Part shown: positions 46,006 through 56,522 of the stretch, piece by piece | Layout: every line of letters starts with the position of its first letter | Numbering within the stretch: position 1 is the stretch's first letter | DNA from: Candidatus Collierbacteria bacterium | GTDB taxonomy: Bacteria; Patescibacteriota; Microgenomatia; UBA1400; JACPES01 | Reading direction: 5' to 3' | Length of the DNA stretch: 64,000 nt | Assembly (NCBI GenBank): GCA_016183365.1 | Contig: JACPES010000003.1 | Coordinates: 169,467-233,466, forward strand | The notes under the pieces: generated by a model | Seen by the model: only the letters and a program-made list of their open reading frames with translations | Told to the model about the DNA's origin: nothing | Database searches by the model: none | Position numbers and translations under genes: made by a program

Positions 46006-46968
46006 TTAACGATTATCGATAGGTGATTTCCAGTCGTGACTTGAAAAAATCCAATCGATAAGTTTTTTGGTTTCTCCAAATCTGTCCTGGCTTCCGAATA
46101 AGCCGATAATCACCTGATGCCCGTTTCTGTCAACCAGAGTTATTAAATTTTCTCCGGCTAAATCAGTCAGCCCGGTTTTTATGCCTTTAACCCCATCAAC
46201 AGTTCCCAATAATTCATTGGTATTTTTTAACCGATGAATAATATTGCCGTCCACAGTCTTAATTTCTTTTTGTTTGGTGTTGACAATATCTGCGAATAGC
46301 GGATTTTTAATGGCTTCGGAGGCCAAAATCGTCATATCCCGGGCGGTAGTCTCATGCTGGTACTGGTCAATACCGGAAACGTTTTTAAAAATGGTATTTT
46401 CCAGTCCCAATTTTTTAGCTTTCAGGTTCATAGCTTTAACCATTTCGGCATAGCCACCGGAGTAATTTTCCGCCAGGGCGAAAGCTACATCGTTGCCGGA
46501 TTCCAACAAAAGAGCGTAAAGCATATCGTCAAATCCGATGTGTTCGCCGGATTTTAATTTGATCGTTTTGCCGATGGCTTCGGTGGTTTTGGAAGAAGTT
46601 ACGATTGTATCTGATTTTAAAGATTCCATCGCCACCAGCGCGGTCATAATTTTTGTAGTCGAGGCAGGGCGTATTTTTTGATCGGGATTTTTTATGTATA
46701 CTACTGCCATAGATTGGACATCGAGCGCGTAAACAAATTTGGCCGAAATATATGGGGCTTGAATTCCGGAATTAATTGGATACGGCGACAGACTGAAAGA
46801 AGAAACGGAAACAGGCCTTAAAACAGGTTCCGGCCTGACCGGCGGGATGGACAGACTCGGATTAATTAAAAATGCGATTAATCCGGCAAATATCAGGCTA
46901 GCCGGTTTTTGTTTTAGGCCGGTGGCGTATTGAAATGCCAAGCTCGGCCAGTTGTTTTTCATTGGCAA
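46006..46968 (-). CDS. D-alanyl-D-alanine carboxypeptidase (PBP5/6, S11 family).
   Basis: SxxK (ASTTKIMTA), SGN (LLESGNDVA) and KTG (IKTGLTDLAG) motifs. Confidence 0.8.
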   Translation of the reverse strand: MPMKNNWPSLAFQYATGLKQKPASLIFAGLIAFLINPSLSIPPVRPEPVLRPVSVSSFSLSPYPINSGIQAPYISAKFVYALDVQSMAVVYIKNPDQKIRPASTTKIMTALVAMESLKSDTIVTSSKTTEAIGKTIKLKSGEHIGFDDMLYALLLESGNDVAFALAENYSGGYAEMVKAMNLKAKKLGLENTIFKNVSGIDQYQHETTARDMTILASEAIKNPLFADIVNTKQKEIKTVDGNIIHRLKNTNELLGTVDGVKGIKTGLTDLAGENLITLVDRNGHQVIIGLFGSQDRFGETKKLIDWIFSSHDWKSPIDNR

Positions 46969-48343
46969 AAGAAGGAGCGTCCACGACCGCGGTACTGCCG
47001 TGAGCGTTAGCCGGAAATGCCATGACTTCCCGGATAGTCGGCTCGCCTCTAACTGCCATCATGAACCGGTCGATTCCCGGGGCAATTCCTCCGTGGGGCG
47101 GGACGCCGTAAGTGAACGCGGTCAGCATATGTTCAAATTGGGTTTTTTGTTCGGCGGTAAATCCGATCAGATCAAAGATTTTTTCCTGAACATTTTTTTG
47201 GTGAATTCTGATACTGCCTCCGCCGACTTCGAAACCGTTCAATATCAGGTCGTACTGTAGGCCTCTGACTTTTGTCGGATCAGTATCTAGCAAGGGGATA
47301 TCATCCGGATGCGGGGCCGTGAACATATGATGCGACGGAGCAAATTTTGCTTTTCCGGATCCGTAGAAAAAATCCTCTTTTGTTTGCCCGGTGAAAAGCG
47401 GGAAATCGATTGTCCATCCAAAAGCCAATTCATTCGGATCATTTTTATCTTTTCTTAAATCCGGTTTGTCAACGCCGTATTTTTGAATGGCTTCTTTGTG
47501 GGGAATTCTTGGCCAAGGCGATTGAGAAATGTGTTTTTCCGGGAAAATTTCTTTAACAATTTTGGTAAATAAATCTTCAATCAGTTCCAAAATATCGTTT
47601 TGGGTGACAAAGGATATCTCAAGGTCAAGTTGGGTAAATTCGCCATAGGCGCGGTCCGCCCGTTGGGATTCATCGCGGAAACAGCGGACTATTTGAAAAT
47701 ACCGTTCCAAGCCTGCAACCATCAGAAGTTGTTTATATTGTTGTGGCGATTGCGGAAGTGCATAAAATTTCCCCGGATGTAAGCGAGCCGGAACCAGGAA
47801 ATCACGGGCGCCTTCAGGAGTGGTTTTGGTCAGCATCGGAGTTTCAATTTCGGCAAAATCCCGATCTGTAAGGTAATTCCTAATAAACGTGGTTACCTTG
47901 GACCGTAACCGCAGATTTTGGGCCATTCTTGGGCGGCGGATATCAAGATAGCGATATTTTAATCGGACGTCTTCATCAATGTTATATCCGTCGGTATCAA
48001 TCGGAAACGGCAATTCTTTAGAAGAAGACATAACAGTCATTTTTTCGATCTGTATTTCCACGGTTCCGGTCGGAAGTCTTGGATTGATTAATTTTTCCGG
48101 CCGCTTCGCTACTGTTCCGACAATTTCGACCACGCTTTCAGCAGTCACTTTTGGCAAATCTTTACCAACGCATTGGATTTTTCCCGATCTGTCCCGTAAG
48201 TCTAAAAATGTGATTTTACCGTGATCCCTAATAGAATCCACCCAACCATTGAGGTTGACGTTCTGACCGATTTTAGTAAGTGTTTCTTTAACTAAAGTCC
48301 GCATACTGAAGTTTATTCTACTTTTATGAAGCCTCTTTAGCAA
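46898..48343 (-). CDS. aspS: Class IIb aspartyl-tRNA synthetase, short archaeal/eukaryal type of about 480 aa. It may be non-discriminating.
   Basis: An N-terminal OB fold, motif 2 FRDESQRADRAYGEFTQLDLE, and motif 3 GGGSIRIH. It lacks the bacterial insertion domain. Confidence 0.75.
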   Translation of the reverse strand: MLKRLHKSRINFSMRTLVKETLTKIGQNVNLNGWVDSIRDHGKITFLDLRDRSGKIQCVGKDLPKVTAESVVEIVGTVAKRPEKLINPRLPTGTVEIQIEKMTVMSSSKELPFPIDTDGYNIDEDVRLKYRYLDIRRPRMAQNLRLRSKVTTFIRNYLTDRDFAEIETPMLTKTTPEGARDFLVPARLHPGKFYALPQSPQQYKQLLMVAGLERYFQIVRCFRDESQRADRAYGEFTQLDLEISFVTQNDILELIEDLFTKIVKEIFPEKHISQSPWPRIPHKEAIQKYGVDKPDLRKDKNDPNELAFGWTIDFPLFTGQTKEDFFYGSGKAKFAPSHHMFTAPHPDDIPLLDTDPTKVRGLQYDLILNGFEVGGGSIRIHQKNVQEKIFDLIGFTAEQKTQFEHMLTAFTYGVPPHGGIAPGIDRFMMAVRGEPTIREVMAFPANAHGSTAVVDAPSFANEKQLAELGISIRHRPKTKTG

Positions 48344-48351
48344 GGCAAAGA

Positions 48352-48591
48352 TTATATTTTCTTAAATCTGTCTATATTATTGCCATTGATAACCACTTTT
48401 CCCAAAAACATTTTTTTCGGCCGGATCCAGATTGGATTTTTGCCAAATTTTTTATCATCATATAGTAGCCCTTGATAAATCACTAATTCTTCGTCCGGAT
48501 TTTCACTGTTTCTTCCAACTGCTAAAACCACATATTCGTTTCCCTTGTAGTGTCTGTATCGTCCCCCAACAATAATTTCATTTTTCTTCAT
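48352..48591 (-). CDS. DUF1653-family small protein.
   Basis: YRHYKGNEYVVLAV...ELVIYQ...IWIRPKKMFL matches the DUF1653 pattern. Confidence 0.55.
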   Translation of the reverse strand: MKKNEIIVGGRYRHYKGNEYVVLAVGRNSENPDEELVIYQGLLYDDKKFGKNPIWIRPKKMFLGKVVINGNNIDRFKKI

Positions 48592-48600
48592 TTTAATTGA

Positions 48601-48640
48601 AAATATAAAATGTTATATAACATTTTATATCAAGAGTTAA
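48601..48640. repeat. Palindrome AAAATGTTATATAACATTTTATAT (copy 2), directly upstream of the DUF1653 gene.
   Basis: A 24 nt segment identical to the copy at 9419-9446. Confidence 0.8.
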
Positions 48641-48664
48641 ATATTTATAAATGTTGTCTTAGAT

Positions 48665-48719
48665 AACTTCAATTATTTTCTTGCGGAGCAGGATCAGGCT
48701 CTGCCTGAAAATAATTGAA
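48665..48719. repeat. Hairpin repeat TTCAATTATTTTC ... GAAAATAATTGAA (copy 3).
   Basis: Same arms as the copy at 17046-17105, and the loops share ...tctgc.gg. Confidence 0.75.
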
Positions 48720-48781
48720 GTATATTCAAGATTCTTATTTCAGACTGCCGATCGGCAGTCGCTAATAAAAGTATTTGGTTT

Positions 48782-50434
48782 TTATTCTTTTATATCCTTC
48801 AGTTTAAGTTCGATTTGGGTATTGCCGTTCCAGGAATTGATTTCCGGGGTAAAAGCGATAGAAATCCAATCTCCGCTTTTAACATTTTTGGCTTTAGGCC
48901 CCAGATTAAAACCGATAGCGGAAAAAACCTCCCCGTCTTTTTCCAACGATAGTTTTAAGTGCTGTTTGTCTTTTCCCACCGCCTTCAGTTGGCGAATTTT
49001 AACTTTTTCGCTGGCAAAAACCGCAGACGGATTTCCGACCCCCAATGGATGCAATTGTTCAAGTGCCACCAGTAATTCGTGGGTTATATCGGAGAATAGA
49101 ACTTGGGCGTCAATTTTTAAATTCCGGTTTAGAATTTCCGGATTTAGTTTTCCGGCGGCGAATTGATTGAAGGTTTTAGCAAATTCCGGAATATTTTTGG
49201 TTTTAATCGTAAATCCGGCGGCCATCGGATGTCCGCCCACGCCTTCCAATAAATTTTCGGTTTGGCGCAGGGTTTCAATCAGATTAAATCCGGGGATTGA
49301 CCGACCGGAGCCTTTAGAAATTTCTTTTTGGCGGTTAAGGATTATTGACGGCCGCCAAAATTGCTGGACCATTTTTCCGGCGATCAGGCCGATTATGCCC
49401 TCATGGAAATTCTCGTCGGCCAAAATAATGGCGGAAGGCAAGTCTTTGTCATTGATTAAACTTTTGGCTTTTTCAGTTGATTGAATGGTTAGATCCTGCC
49501 TTTTTGAATTAGCTCCTGATAAGATTTTGGTTAATTCTTCAGCCCGTTGAATATTGTTGGTGCATAGGAGTCTAAGAGAATCGATAGCCTCTTCCAGCCG
49601 GCCTTTGGCGTTTAATCTTGGGGCCAGATGATATCCGATATTGTAAGTAGATAAACTCGATTGGTCCAAGCCGGCAGCGACAGAAAGCGACAGAATCCCC
49701 GGTCTTTTTGATTTCCGTAAAGCCTCGATTCCGTATTTGACAATGGAGCGGTTTGGCCCGATTAAGGGAACTTGATCGGCCACAGTTCCGATGGCTGCCA
49801 ATTCTAAGAGAGGTAAGGCAATTCTCGGTTTGCCGATTTTATAAGAGAGATAATCGGAGAACATCCACGATAGTCCGGCAGCAGCTAATTGAGTGGTATG
49901 GATTAAAGCGTCAGCCGGATGGGTTTTTTTTGTCAATTCATGATGGTCAATAATTATGATTTTTATGCCTTGCTGGTGGGCCCAAGCGGTTTCTTTAATA
50001 GCGGTTATTCCGTTATCAACGGCAATAATTAATTTTGGATTGTATGTCTTGATAACTTCTTTTAATCCGGCAATGGATAAACCGTATCCGTGTTTAGCCC
50101 GAGAGGGAATAAACGGCATACTTTTTATACCGGCTGCGGTTAAGGTCTCCCAAATAATCGCGGTAGAAGTAATTCCGTCGGCGTCATAGTCGCCGAAGAT
50201 AACTATTGGTAAATCCGCATTTTTATACTTATTGATTAAACCTATAGCCTTTTTTGCTTCCCTAATTTTAACACCGGCATTTCTTAAGCCGATTTGATGC
50301 GGATGGGGAGGATTAATAAAATTTTCCCATTGAGATTGGTTAATCCCCCGATTCTTGACAATATTGTCGATAATTTCCCGACGGCGATCTTTTAGAGCGG
50401 ATTTTTTAAGAACAGACGCGATTTTCCAATTCAT
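48782..50434 (-). CDS. recJ: Single-stranded-DNA-specific exonuclease RecJ.
   Basis: DHH family motifs: VIFGDYDADGITS and IIIDHHE. Confidence 0.8.
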   Translation of the reverse strand: MNWKIASVLKKSALKDRRREIIDNIVKNRGINQSQWENFINPPHPHQIGLRNAGVKIREAKKAIGLINKYKNADLPIVIFGDYDADGITSTAIIWETLTAAGIKSMPFIPSRAKHGYGLSIAGLKEVIKTYNPKLIIAVDNGITAIKETAWAHQQGIKIIIIDHHELTKKTHPADALIHTTQLAAAGLSWMFSDYLSYKIGKPRIALPLLELAAIGTVADQVPLIGPNRSIVKYGIEALRKSKRPGILSLSVAAGLDQSSLSTYNIGYHLAPRLNAKGRLEEAIDSLRLLCTNNIQRAEELTKILSGANSKRQDLTIQSTEKAKSLINDKDLPSAIILADENFHEGIIGLIAGKMVQQFWRPSIILNRQKEISKGSGRSIPGFNLIETLRQTENLLEGVGGHPMAAGFTIKTKNIPEFAKTFNQFAAGKLNPEILNRNLKIDAQVLFSDITHELLVALEQLHPLGVGNPSAVFASEKVKIRQLKAVGKDKQHLKLSLEKDGEVFSAIGFNLGPKAKNVKSGDWISIAFTPEINSWNGNTQIELKLKDIKE

Positions 50435-50457
50435 AAAATGTTAAGATTCATCTTATC

Positions 50458-51843
50458 ATGACATTTCAGTTGCCGAGTGAAGTAATCAACATTCTGCAGG
50501 GGTTAAAAAAATCAGGATTTGATGGTTTTGTGGTGGGTGGAGCGGTGCGGGATTTATTGACTAAGCGTCAAGTTGATGATTGGGATTTTACCACCAACGC
50601 AACTCCTGTCGAGATTCAAAAAGTGTTTCCCGGAAGTTTTTATGACAATCAATTCGGGACAGTGGGAATCCCCCGGGATGGCAATATTTTTGAAATCACG
50701 ACTTTCAGGACGGAACATGGATATTCTGACAAAAGACGGCCGGATAAGGTGGAGTGGGGAAAAAGTTTGGAAGAAGATTTAAGCCGGCGGGATTTTACGA
50801 TTAACGCCATGGCGCTACAAACAAAAAACAAGAAACAAAGAACAAAGAACGATGAATTAGAGGTAGAAATAATTGATCCATTTGGGGGACAAAAAGATTT
50901 GGAGAAGAAAATTATTAAGGCGGTAGGGGATCCAAACCAAAGATTCGGCGAGGACGCTTTGAGAATGATGCGGGCTATTCGCTTGGGAGCCGAATTGGGA
51001 TTTGGAATTGAAGGTCAAACTTTAGAAGCCATTAAGAAAAATAAAGATTTAATCAGGGAGATATCTGGGGAAAGAATTAGGGATGAATTTTTAAAGATTG
51101 TCGGCAGTCCTTATCCGGCCGATGGAGTTAAACTGTTATATAGCACCGGGTTGTTAGAAATTATCTTACCGGAATTGGTTAAGGGGGCAGGAGTGCCTCA
51201 AGGCGGCCATCATATTAATGACGTTTTTACCCACTGTATCGAAAGTTTAAGATTTTGTCCCAGTCAAGACGCGTGGGTGAGGTTGGCGACTTTGCTTCAT
51301 GATGTTGGTAAACCGGACACGATGATGATGCGTGATGGTAAACCGACATTTTATAACCATGAAGTGGTTGGAGCCAGGTTAGTTAAAGTAATTTCCGATA
51401 GGCTACGTTTACCGCGGGAAAAAAAAGACTTCTTATGGAAAATGGTTCGTTGGCATATGTTCGCTTACAACCCGGAAATGACAGATTCCGCCATTCGCCG
51501 GTTTATGCGCCGGGTGGGAAAAGACGATATTCCGAAGATGATCGAACTGCGGGTTGGCGACAGAAAAGGCGGCGGCAGCAGGGAAACCAGTTGGAGGCTG
51601 GAAGAATTGAAACGCCGGATTGCCGGGTTAATGAACGATCCGTTAACCGTGGCCGATCTTAAGATTGACGGATTTGATGTAATGAAAACACTTAATATTA
51701 AACCCGGGCCGGTAATCGGCAAAGTCTTAAATTTTCTATTCGAGGAAGTTTTGGAAGATCCTAACAAAAATACCTCGGAATATTTACTGTCTAGAATTGC
51801 GGTGGCGGTACAATCTAAAGATAACCAGCAAAGCCCCGATTGA
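50458..51843 (+). CDS. cca: CCA-adding tRNA nucleotidyltransferase with an HD domain.
   Basis: GGAVRDLL, an HD motif (LLHDVGK). It contains the in-frame A/C repeat QTKNKKQRTKND. Confidence 0.8.
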   Translation: MTFQLPSEVINILQGLKKSGFDGFVVGGAVRDLLTKRQVDDWDFTTNATPVEIQKVFPGSFYDNQFGTVGIPRDGNIFEITTFRTEHGYSDKRRPDKVEWGKSLEEDLSRRDFTINAMALQTKNKKQRTKNDELEVEIIDPFGGQKDLEKKIIKAVGDPNQRFGEDALRMMRAIRLGAELGFGIEGQTLEAIKKNKDLIREISGERIRDEFLKIVGSPYPADGVKLLYSTGLLEIILPELVKGAGVPQGGHHINDVFTHCIESLRFCPSQDAWVRLATLLHDVGKPDTMMMRDGKPTFYNHEVVGARLVKVISDRLRLPREKKDFLWKMVRWHMFAYNPEMTDSAIRRFMRRVGKDDIPKMIELRVGDRKGGGSRETSWRLEELKRRIAGLMNDPLTVADLKIDGFDVMKTLNIKPGPVIGKVLNFLFEEVLEDPNKNTSEYLLSRIAVAVQSKDNQQSPD

Positions 51844-52194
51844 ATCAAACCCAACGTCGTAAATTTTGGCATGGCGGTTGGGGACAAACGACTGATGAAT
51901 TTCATCGAAGATGGCGTATATTAGAACGAAAATAAATGGTCCGAAGTAATTGAACCCCATATGACGCTTATTTGCTTCCCCCGATTTAATCGGGACGTCG
52001 CAAGAGCGGGCAAAATTCACCGCCCTGGATGTTAGCCAATAAAGAACGGCGTATTCAAAGATATGGGCGGATTTTTTTAAAACGAAATTTAAAATTGTAT
52101 CTGGCGGTGAAGGAGGGGTTTGTAAAGAAGAAAAGAAAAAAATCAATCCGGCCCAAGCCATGACCGGATAATAGCGGTTGATAAAATTTTTCAT
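51784..52194 (-). CDS. VanZ-like membrane protein.
   Basis: KKSAHIFEYAVLYWL motif and 4 TM helices. Confidence 0.45.
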   Translation of the reverse strand: MKNFINRYYPVMAWAGLIFFFSSLQTPPSPPDTILNFVLKKSAHIFEYAVLYWLTSRAVNFARSCDVPIKSGEANKRHMGFNYFGPFIFVLIYAIFDEIHQSFVPNRHAKIYDVGFDSIGALLVIFRLYRHRNSRQ

Positions 52195-52289
52195 TTGCCA
52201 ATTATGCCATAAAAGAATGAATGAAAATATTATGGCGGAGTTGCAATATATCGATATTTTAAAATATCGATATATTTATATAGCGAGAG

Positions 52290-53294
52290 TTATTTCTTGA
52301 CTTGATGAGCTTTAACTTCTTGATAGGCCAGAAGAACTCCGCCGGCAAACGTTAGCAGAGTTCCGGCGATAATTAAAATAAGCGGTAAACTTGGTTTTGA
52401 GGTTTTAGCTGAATTGGCTCCGAGCACTTCTGGTTCATTTGTGGGAGTTGTTTCCATAGCATTATTTATGGATAAATCAATTTCGGGCTGATTTTCATTG
52501 TCAGAAATAGAATTTTCTGAAACAGAATCTGCCAAAATGATTGACGGTTTGACAGTCGGAATGGAACTGGGGATAGCGGTTGGAGGAATCGAAGTCGGCG
52601 TCGGAGTTGATGTTGGAGAAGACGTTGAAGCCGGAGCAGGGGTCGCAGGTGGCACCGGAGCTGGTGTCGGAGTAACCGATTCAAATAATAGATCGTCAAA
52701 AATCGCCGGACTAACAGGATTGGCTTTATTTAGATATATATAAGTTTGTATATCAGCAAATTGTGCCGTCGACGGTGAAAGAGTCGACTCTGTTTCCATG
52801 AACTGAAAATCTGATCCTTTAACCGCTAATTCTTTTTCTGTCGGATTACTGGAAATTTTTGACTGAGAGGCATCAAGCCAATAGAATCGAAGCTTGATAT
52901 TGGTTATGGAAGCATCGTTTAAGAATCCCCAGCCGGAAAATTTGTAATATTTATCTGGCTCCACGGTGATTTTTTGAGAAAGGTAAGCCCAACTAGAAGA
53001 GGAAAGTTTGGTTAAAAGCCCCCCAAGCGAGCCTGAATGTTTTGTGGAGGCGGTAGCACTGGCCGTGGCCGTGGCCGGGGAAACGGTCCAACTGTTTAGT
53101 CCTTCTTCGAATCCAGAATTTTGAAGCAAATTGCCGGCAAATGCAGGATCAGTTGTTTGCCAGAGGAAGAAAACAATAAACAAGAACGCAAATGTTAATA
53201 CTTTTATACGATCGTAAGACTTTATTAACAATTCAGATATAGTTGACATGAAGATAATATGTAGATAATCCATCTCCTTGATCAACCTTAACAT
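52290..53294 (-). CDS. Secreted surface protein with a CBM_4_9-like carbohydrate-binding module, a PT linker and a C-terminal TM anchor.
   Basis: Signal peptide; LLQNSGFEEGLNSWTV (CBM4/9-type start); PTPAPVPPATPAPAST linker. Confidence 0.45.
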   Translation of the reverse strand: MLRLIKEMDYLHIIFMSTISELLIKSYDRIKVLTFAFLFIVFFLWQTTDPAFAGNLLQNSGFEEGLNSWTVSPATATASATASTKHSGSLGGLLTKLSSSSWAYLSQKITVEPDKYYKFSGWGFLNDASITNIKLRFYWLDASQSKISSNPTEKELAVKGSDFQFMETESTLSPSTAQFADIQTYIYLNKANPVSPAIFDDLLFESVTPTPAPVPPATPAPASTSSPTSTPTPTSIPPTAIPSSIPTVKPSIILADSVSENSISDNENQPEIDLSINNAMETTPTNEPEVLGANSAKTSKPSLPLILIIAGTLLTFAGGVLLAYQEVKAHQVKK

Positions 53295-54411
53295 ATCTTA
53301 AATTTCCGCCGCCGCAGGCTATGGATCCGCGGTATAAAGTCCCGGCAGACACGGCAAAAACCGGAGATCCCGATTCACCGCTTCTTTTCATATCAATACC
53401 GGTGTGGAAATCATAATTAAGGTATTTGGTCCAAAACGTAGCTCCATATATTTGGGTGATAACGATAGGTTCGTCCAACGGCCAACGCCAGCCGCCTGAA
53501 GGCGAGACAGTTTCCGGGACCTTGGAAGTATCATAGTCATAAGATAAATTTGCCGATTTGAGGTAATTAGCCGGATTTTGATTGGCGCCATTTTTTGCGA
53601 CTTCAAAATGCAAGTGGCCTCCGGTTGAACATGGTGAAGCCGTCGGGATAATCGAAGCGATTTTATTTCCCTCTGATACCGAGCCGACTTTTGTTTCTTC
53701 TCCTTTGCCGGCGACGATATTTTGGATAGCGTTTAGTTCTTCTCTGGCTTGGGATAACAAATCCTGATATTTCTTTTCATCATTTTTAGTCAGCTCCAAT
53801 AGTCTTTGCTTTTCCAATTGCCTGGTAGCCAGCGCTGATTTTTGTTTGTTTAATTTCAATTTCAGGCTTTCTACTTCTGCCTGTTTGTCCTCCTTAACAT
53901 TTTTTTGGGTATCGTAATTCAATTTTATTTGTTCCATAGCCACAAAAACATTTTTATCGTGGTTTTGGACTGACCGGACGTATTTAACCCGGTTAATAAA
54001 ATCCGGAAATCCATTGGAGGAGAAGAGAAGGTAAACCGGTTCCAGATACGATTGTTTGTATGTTTCTCTGACTCTGACCACCATCACTTCCGATAAATGC
54101 TCCAACGACTGATCAATCTGGCCGATTTTTAAACTCAAAGCGTTGATATCGTCAGCCAGAATCCCCAACTCTTTTTCGGTTTTGGAAATTTGGACTTGAG
54201 TTAGACTAATTTGGGTATTCAAAGTGCCCAGAGTAGTGGTCAAGGTTTGTTTCTGTCCGGCCAGGTCTTTGAGTTTTTGTCCGTATTCCTGAATTTGCCG
54301 ATTAAGTTCATCCAACTTATCGTTGTTCGACTGGGCATAAACGTAGGGATAAGGGAAAAAGGAAAAAGGGAAAAGAATAACAATCAGCAAACAGAGAATT
54401 AGCAGGCGCAT
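53233..54411 (-). CDS. M23/LytM peptidase with an N-terminal coiled coil (EnvC-like murein hydrolase activator).
   Basis: Long coiled-coil segments and a C-terminal M23 domain with GGHLHFEV. It lies next to ftsEX. Confidence 0.7.
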   Translation of the reverse strand: MRLLILCLLIVILFPFSFFPYPYVYAQSNNDKLDELNRQIQEYGQKLKDLAGQKQTLTTTLGTLNTQISLTQVQISKTEKELGILADDINALSLKIGQIDQSLEHLSEVMVVRVRETYKQSYLEPVYLLFSSNGFPDFINRVKYVRSVQNHDKNVFVAMEQIKLNYDTQKNVKEDKQAEVESLKLKLNKQKSALATRQLEKQRLLELTKNDEKKYQDLLSQAREELNAIQNIVAGKGEETKVGSVSEGNKIASIIPTASPCSTGGHLHFEVAKNGANQNPANYLKSANLSYDYDTSKVPETVSPSGGWRWPLDEPIVITQIYGATFWTKYLNYDFHTGIDMKRSGESGSPVFAVSAGTLYRGSIACGGGNLRYVKVDQGDGLSTYYLHVNYI

Positions 54412-54434
54412 ATCTCTAGTCTAGCAAACTATGC

Positions 54435-55304
54435 TTAACGCAGGAATCTTTTGGCGGCCAGAGCGCTTGCGAAAAATCCGATAATTATTCCGGTTATGAT
54501 TTGACCTCCCAAAAGAGCCAGTAAAAACCAAGTCGGAGCCGGCAAAACCGGGATCGAACCAAAGAAATCCAGAATTGCCGGAGTGGCGTAAAGCAGCGTC
54601 AGCCAAGACAATAACCATCCGATTATTCCGCCGATTATTCCATAGATGATACCTTCGTAAACGAATGAGGAAACCACTTGCCATCCCGAGCCGCCTAGAA
54701 GTCTAATAATTTCAATTTCGGCTTTTCGGTTAGCAATTTTCATCCCGATAACAATGAATACCATGCACAGTGAAGAGATAATCAGGGAACTGACTAAACC
54801 GATGCCGGAGAGCTTAATCGCCCGAGACCATTTATTCAGGTTATCGACAATATCTTTATGGAAAGAGACCTCTTCAACTATGTCCTGGGTTTTCAGGATT
54901 TCGGCTACCTGCGGCAGGACTTCCGGATCGGTGGAGCGGATTTCCAGGCTGGCCGGCAAAATATCCGAAGTGACCATTTCCAGTAATAGCGGATCGTTTT
55001 CATTTTGTTGGCGGTATTTGGCTAGAGCTTCGTCTTTGGAAGTAAAAACGACGGCGGATATTCCGGATAGTTTTTGAATGCTGTTCTTAAGTTCATTAAT
55101 TTTAGTTTCATCGGCAGAATCCTTTAGAAAAGCGATCACTTGCGGCCGGGTGGAAAAATATCGGGCCACTGAATAGCTGCCGGCCAAAATCGTAATAAAT
55201 GCTGAAGACAGAAAAAAGGTCAGACTCAAAACCAGAATAGCCGCCAAGGATTGGAAAGGGGATCTCAATATATGTTTGGAAGTAGCTTTCAATTGGCGTT
55301 TCAT
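54435..55304 (-). CDS. ftsX: Cell division ABC permease FtsX.
   Basis: Four TM helices with a large extracellular loop, downstream of ftsE. Confidence 0.8.
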   Translation of the reverse strand: MKRQLKATSKHILRSPFQSLAAILVLSLTFFLSSAFITILAGSYSVARYFSTRPQVIAFLKDSADETKINELKNSIQKLSGISAVVFTSKDEALAKYRQQNENDPLLLEMVTSDILPASLEIRSTDPEVLPQVAEILKTQDIVEEVSFHKDIVDNLNKWSRAIKLSGIGLVSSLIISSLCMVFIVIGMKIANRKAEIEIIRLLGGSGWQVVSSFVYEGIIYGIIGGIIGWLLSWLTLLYATPAILDFFGSIPVLPAPTWFLLALLGGQIITGIIIGFFASALAAKRFLR

Positions 55305-55966
55305 AAAATTAATTCTCCGGCTTCTAATTGTAATATCCGGGGTTTAATAAAGTCCAGGACGCCTTTATCGTGAGTCGCGATAATAACGGTAGTTCCCCGG
55401 CCATTGATTTCTTTTAAAATCTTAGAAATTTGTTTGGCAGTGACGGAATCCAGATTTCCGGTAGGTTCGTCGGCAAACAAGATCTTTGGACTCATAGCCA
55501 TGGCCCGAGCGATAGCCACTCTTTGCAATTCGCCTCCGGAGAGTTGGGCCGGAAACAAATCTTCGGTTTTTGATAACCCCACCATCTCCAGGGCATTAGT
55601 CACTTTTTCCGCGATTTCTTTGTCGGGCAGATCTAATATTTCCAAGATAAGGCCGACATTTTCGGCTACCGTTCTGTCGGTTAAGATTTTATAATCCTGG
55701 AAAACGCTGCCGATGGTTCGGCGCAATTGAGGTAATTTTTTGCGGTTTAATTTATGAACCTGAAAATCATCAACGCTTATTTCTCCTTCAGTCGGAATAA
55801 TCTCGTTTATCAATAGCCGCAGGATGGTGGTTTTCCCGGAACCGGAAGGGCCGATAATTCCCACCATCTCGCCATCGGCGATTTCAAAAGAGATTTGTTT
55901 TAATGCCGTTTTACCGTTTGGAAATGTTTTGGTGACGCTGGCAAAACGGATCATGGTGGCAGGCAA
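55301..55966 (-). CDS. ftsE: Cell division ATP-binding protein FtsE.
   Basis: [23 protein letters not shown] and [10 protein letters not shown] motifs. Confidence 0.85.
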   Translation of the reverse strand: MPATMIRFASVTKTFPNGKTALKQISFEIADGEMVGIIGPSGSGKTTILRLLINEIIPTEGEISVDDFQVHKLNRKKLPQLRRTIGSVFQDYKILTDRTVAENVGLILEILDLPDKEIAEKVTNALEMVGLSKTEDLFPAQLSGGELQRVAIARAMAMSPKILFADEPTGNLDSVTAKQISKILKEINGRGTTVIIATHDKGVLDFIKPRILQLEAGELIL

Positions 55967-55971
55967 TATGA

Positions 55972-56496
55972 TTAATTTTCTTCAAACGGAATACTTTCAT
56001 TCGGCGGTTTAACGTTTAATTCCATAATTTGGACCCGGCCGACGTCCATTAACCACCCGGCTTTTTGGGCGGAAAAAGTTTCTCCCCAAACAGTTACTTT
56101 ATGACCGACGAATAAGCTCAAATCTACAATTGAACTGGTCAGATAGACATTTTGGCTCGCACCGCCCGGCCTAACCAGATGATAGCTGCCTTCGCCTTCA
56201 AATCCGCCTTCAGCTAAGACGCCGTCGGCTTTATCCCGGAAAGATTTTTCATCGGGAACCCCGACGATTTCCCCGATTTTAAGATTAGAGGCTGAAATGG
56301 ATTCCGGCGAAATCAGCTGGCTGGATGCGACAGTGGATGAACCTGATATTCGCGATATTCCCCATCCGGAAGCTATGCCAAGCAGAATTATGACTGTAGG
56401 AATTATCAGTTTTTTGGATCTAGCGGATTTGAGTTTAACCAATTCAAGCGGTTTTACCAGCCCCGGGCTTGAATCTAGCGGTTGAGCATCCATCAT
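55972..56496 (-). CDS. Hypothetical membrane-anchored protein upstream of ftsE.
   Basis: An N-terminal TM segment; no family recognised. Confidence 0.3.
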   Translation of the reverse strand: MMDAQPLDSSPGLVKPLELVKLKSARSKKLIIPTVIILLGIASGWGISRISGSSTVASSQLISPESISASNLKIGEIVGVPDEKSFRDKADGVLAEGGFEGEGSYHLVRPGGASQNVYLTSSIVDLSLFVGHKVTVWGETFSAQKAGWLMDVGRVQIMELNVKPPNESIPFEEN

Positions 56497-56522
56497 TTGA
56501 TACTATCATTACTGCCAAATGA

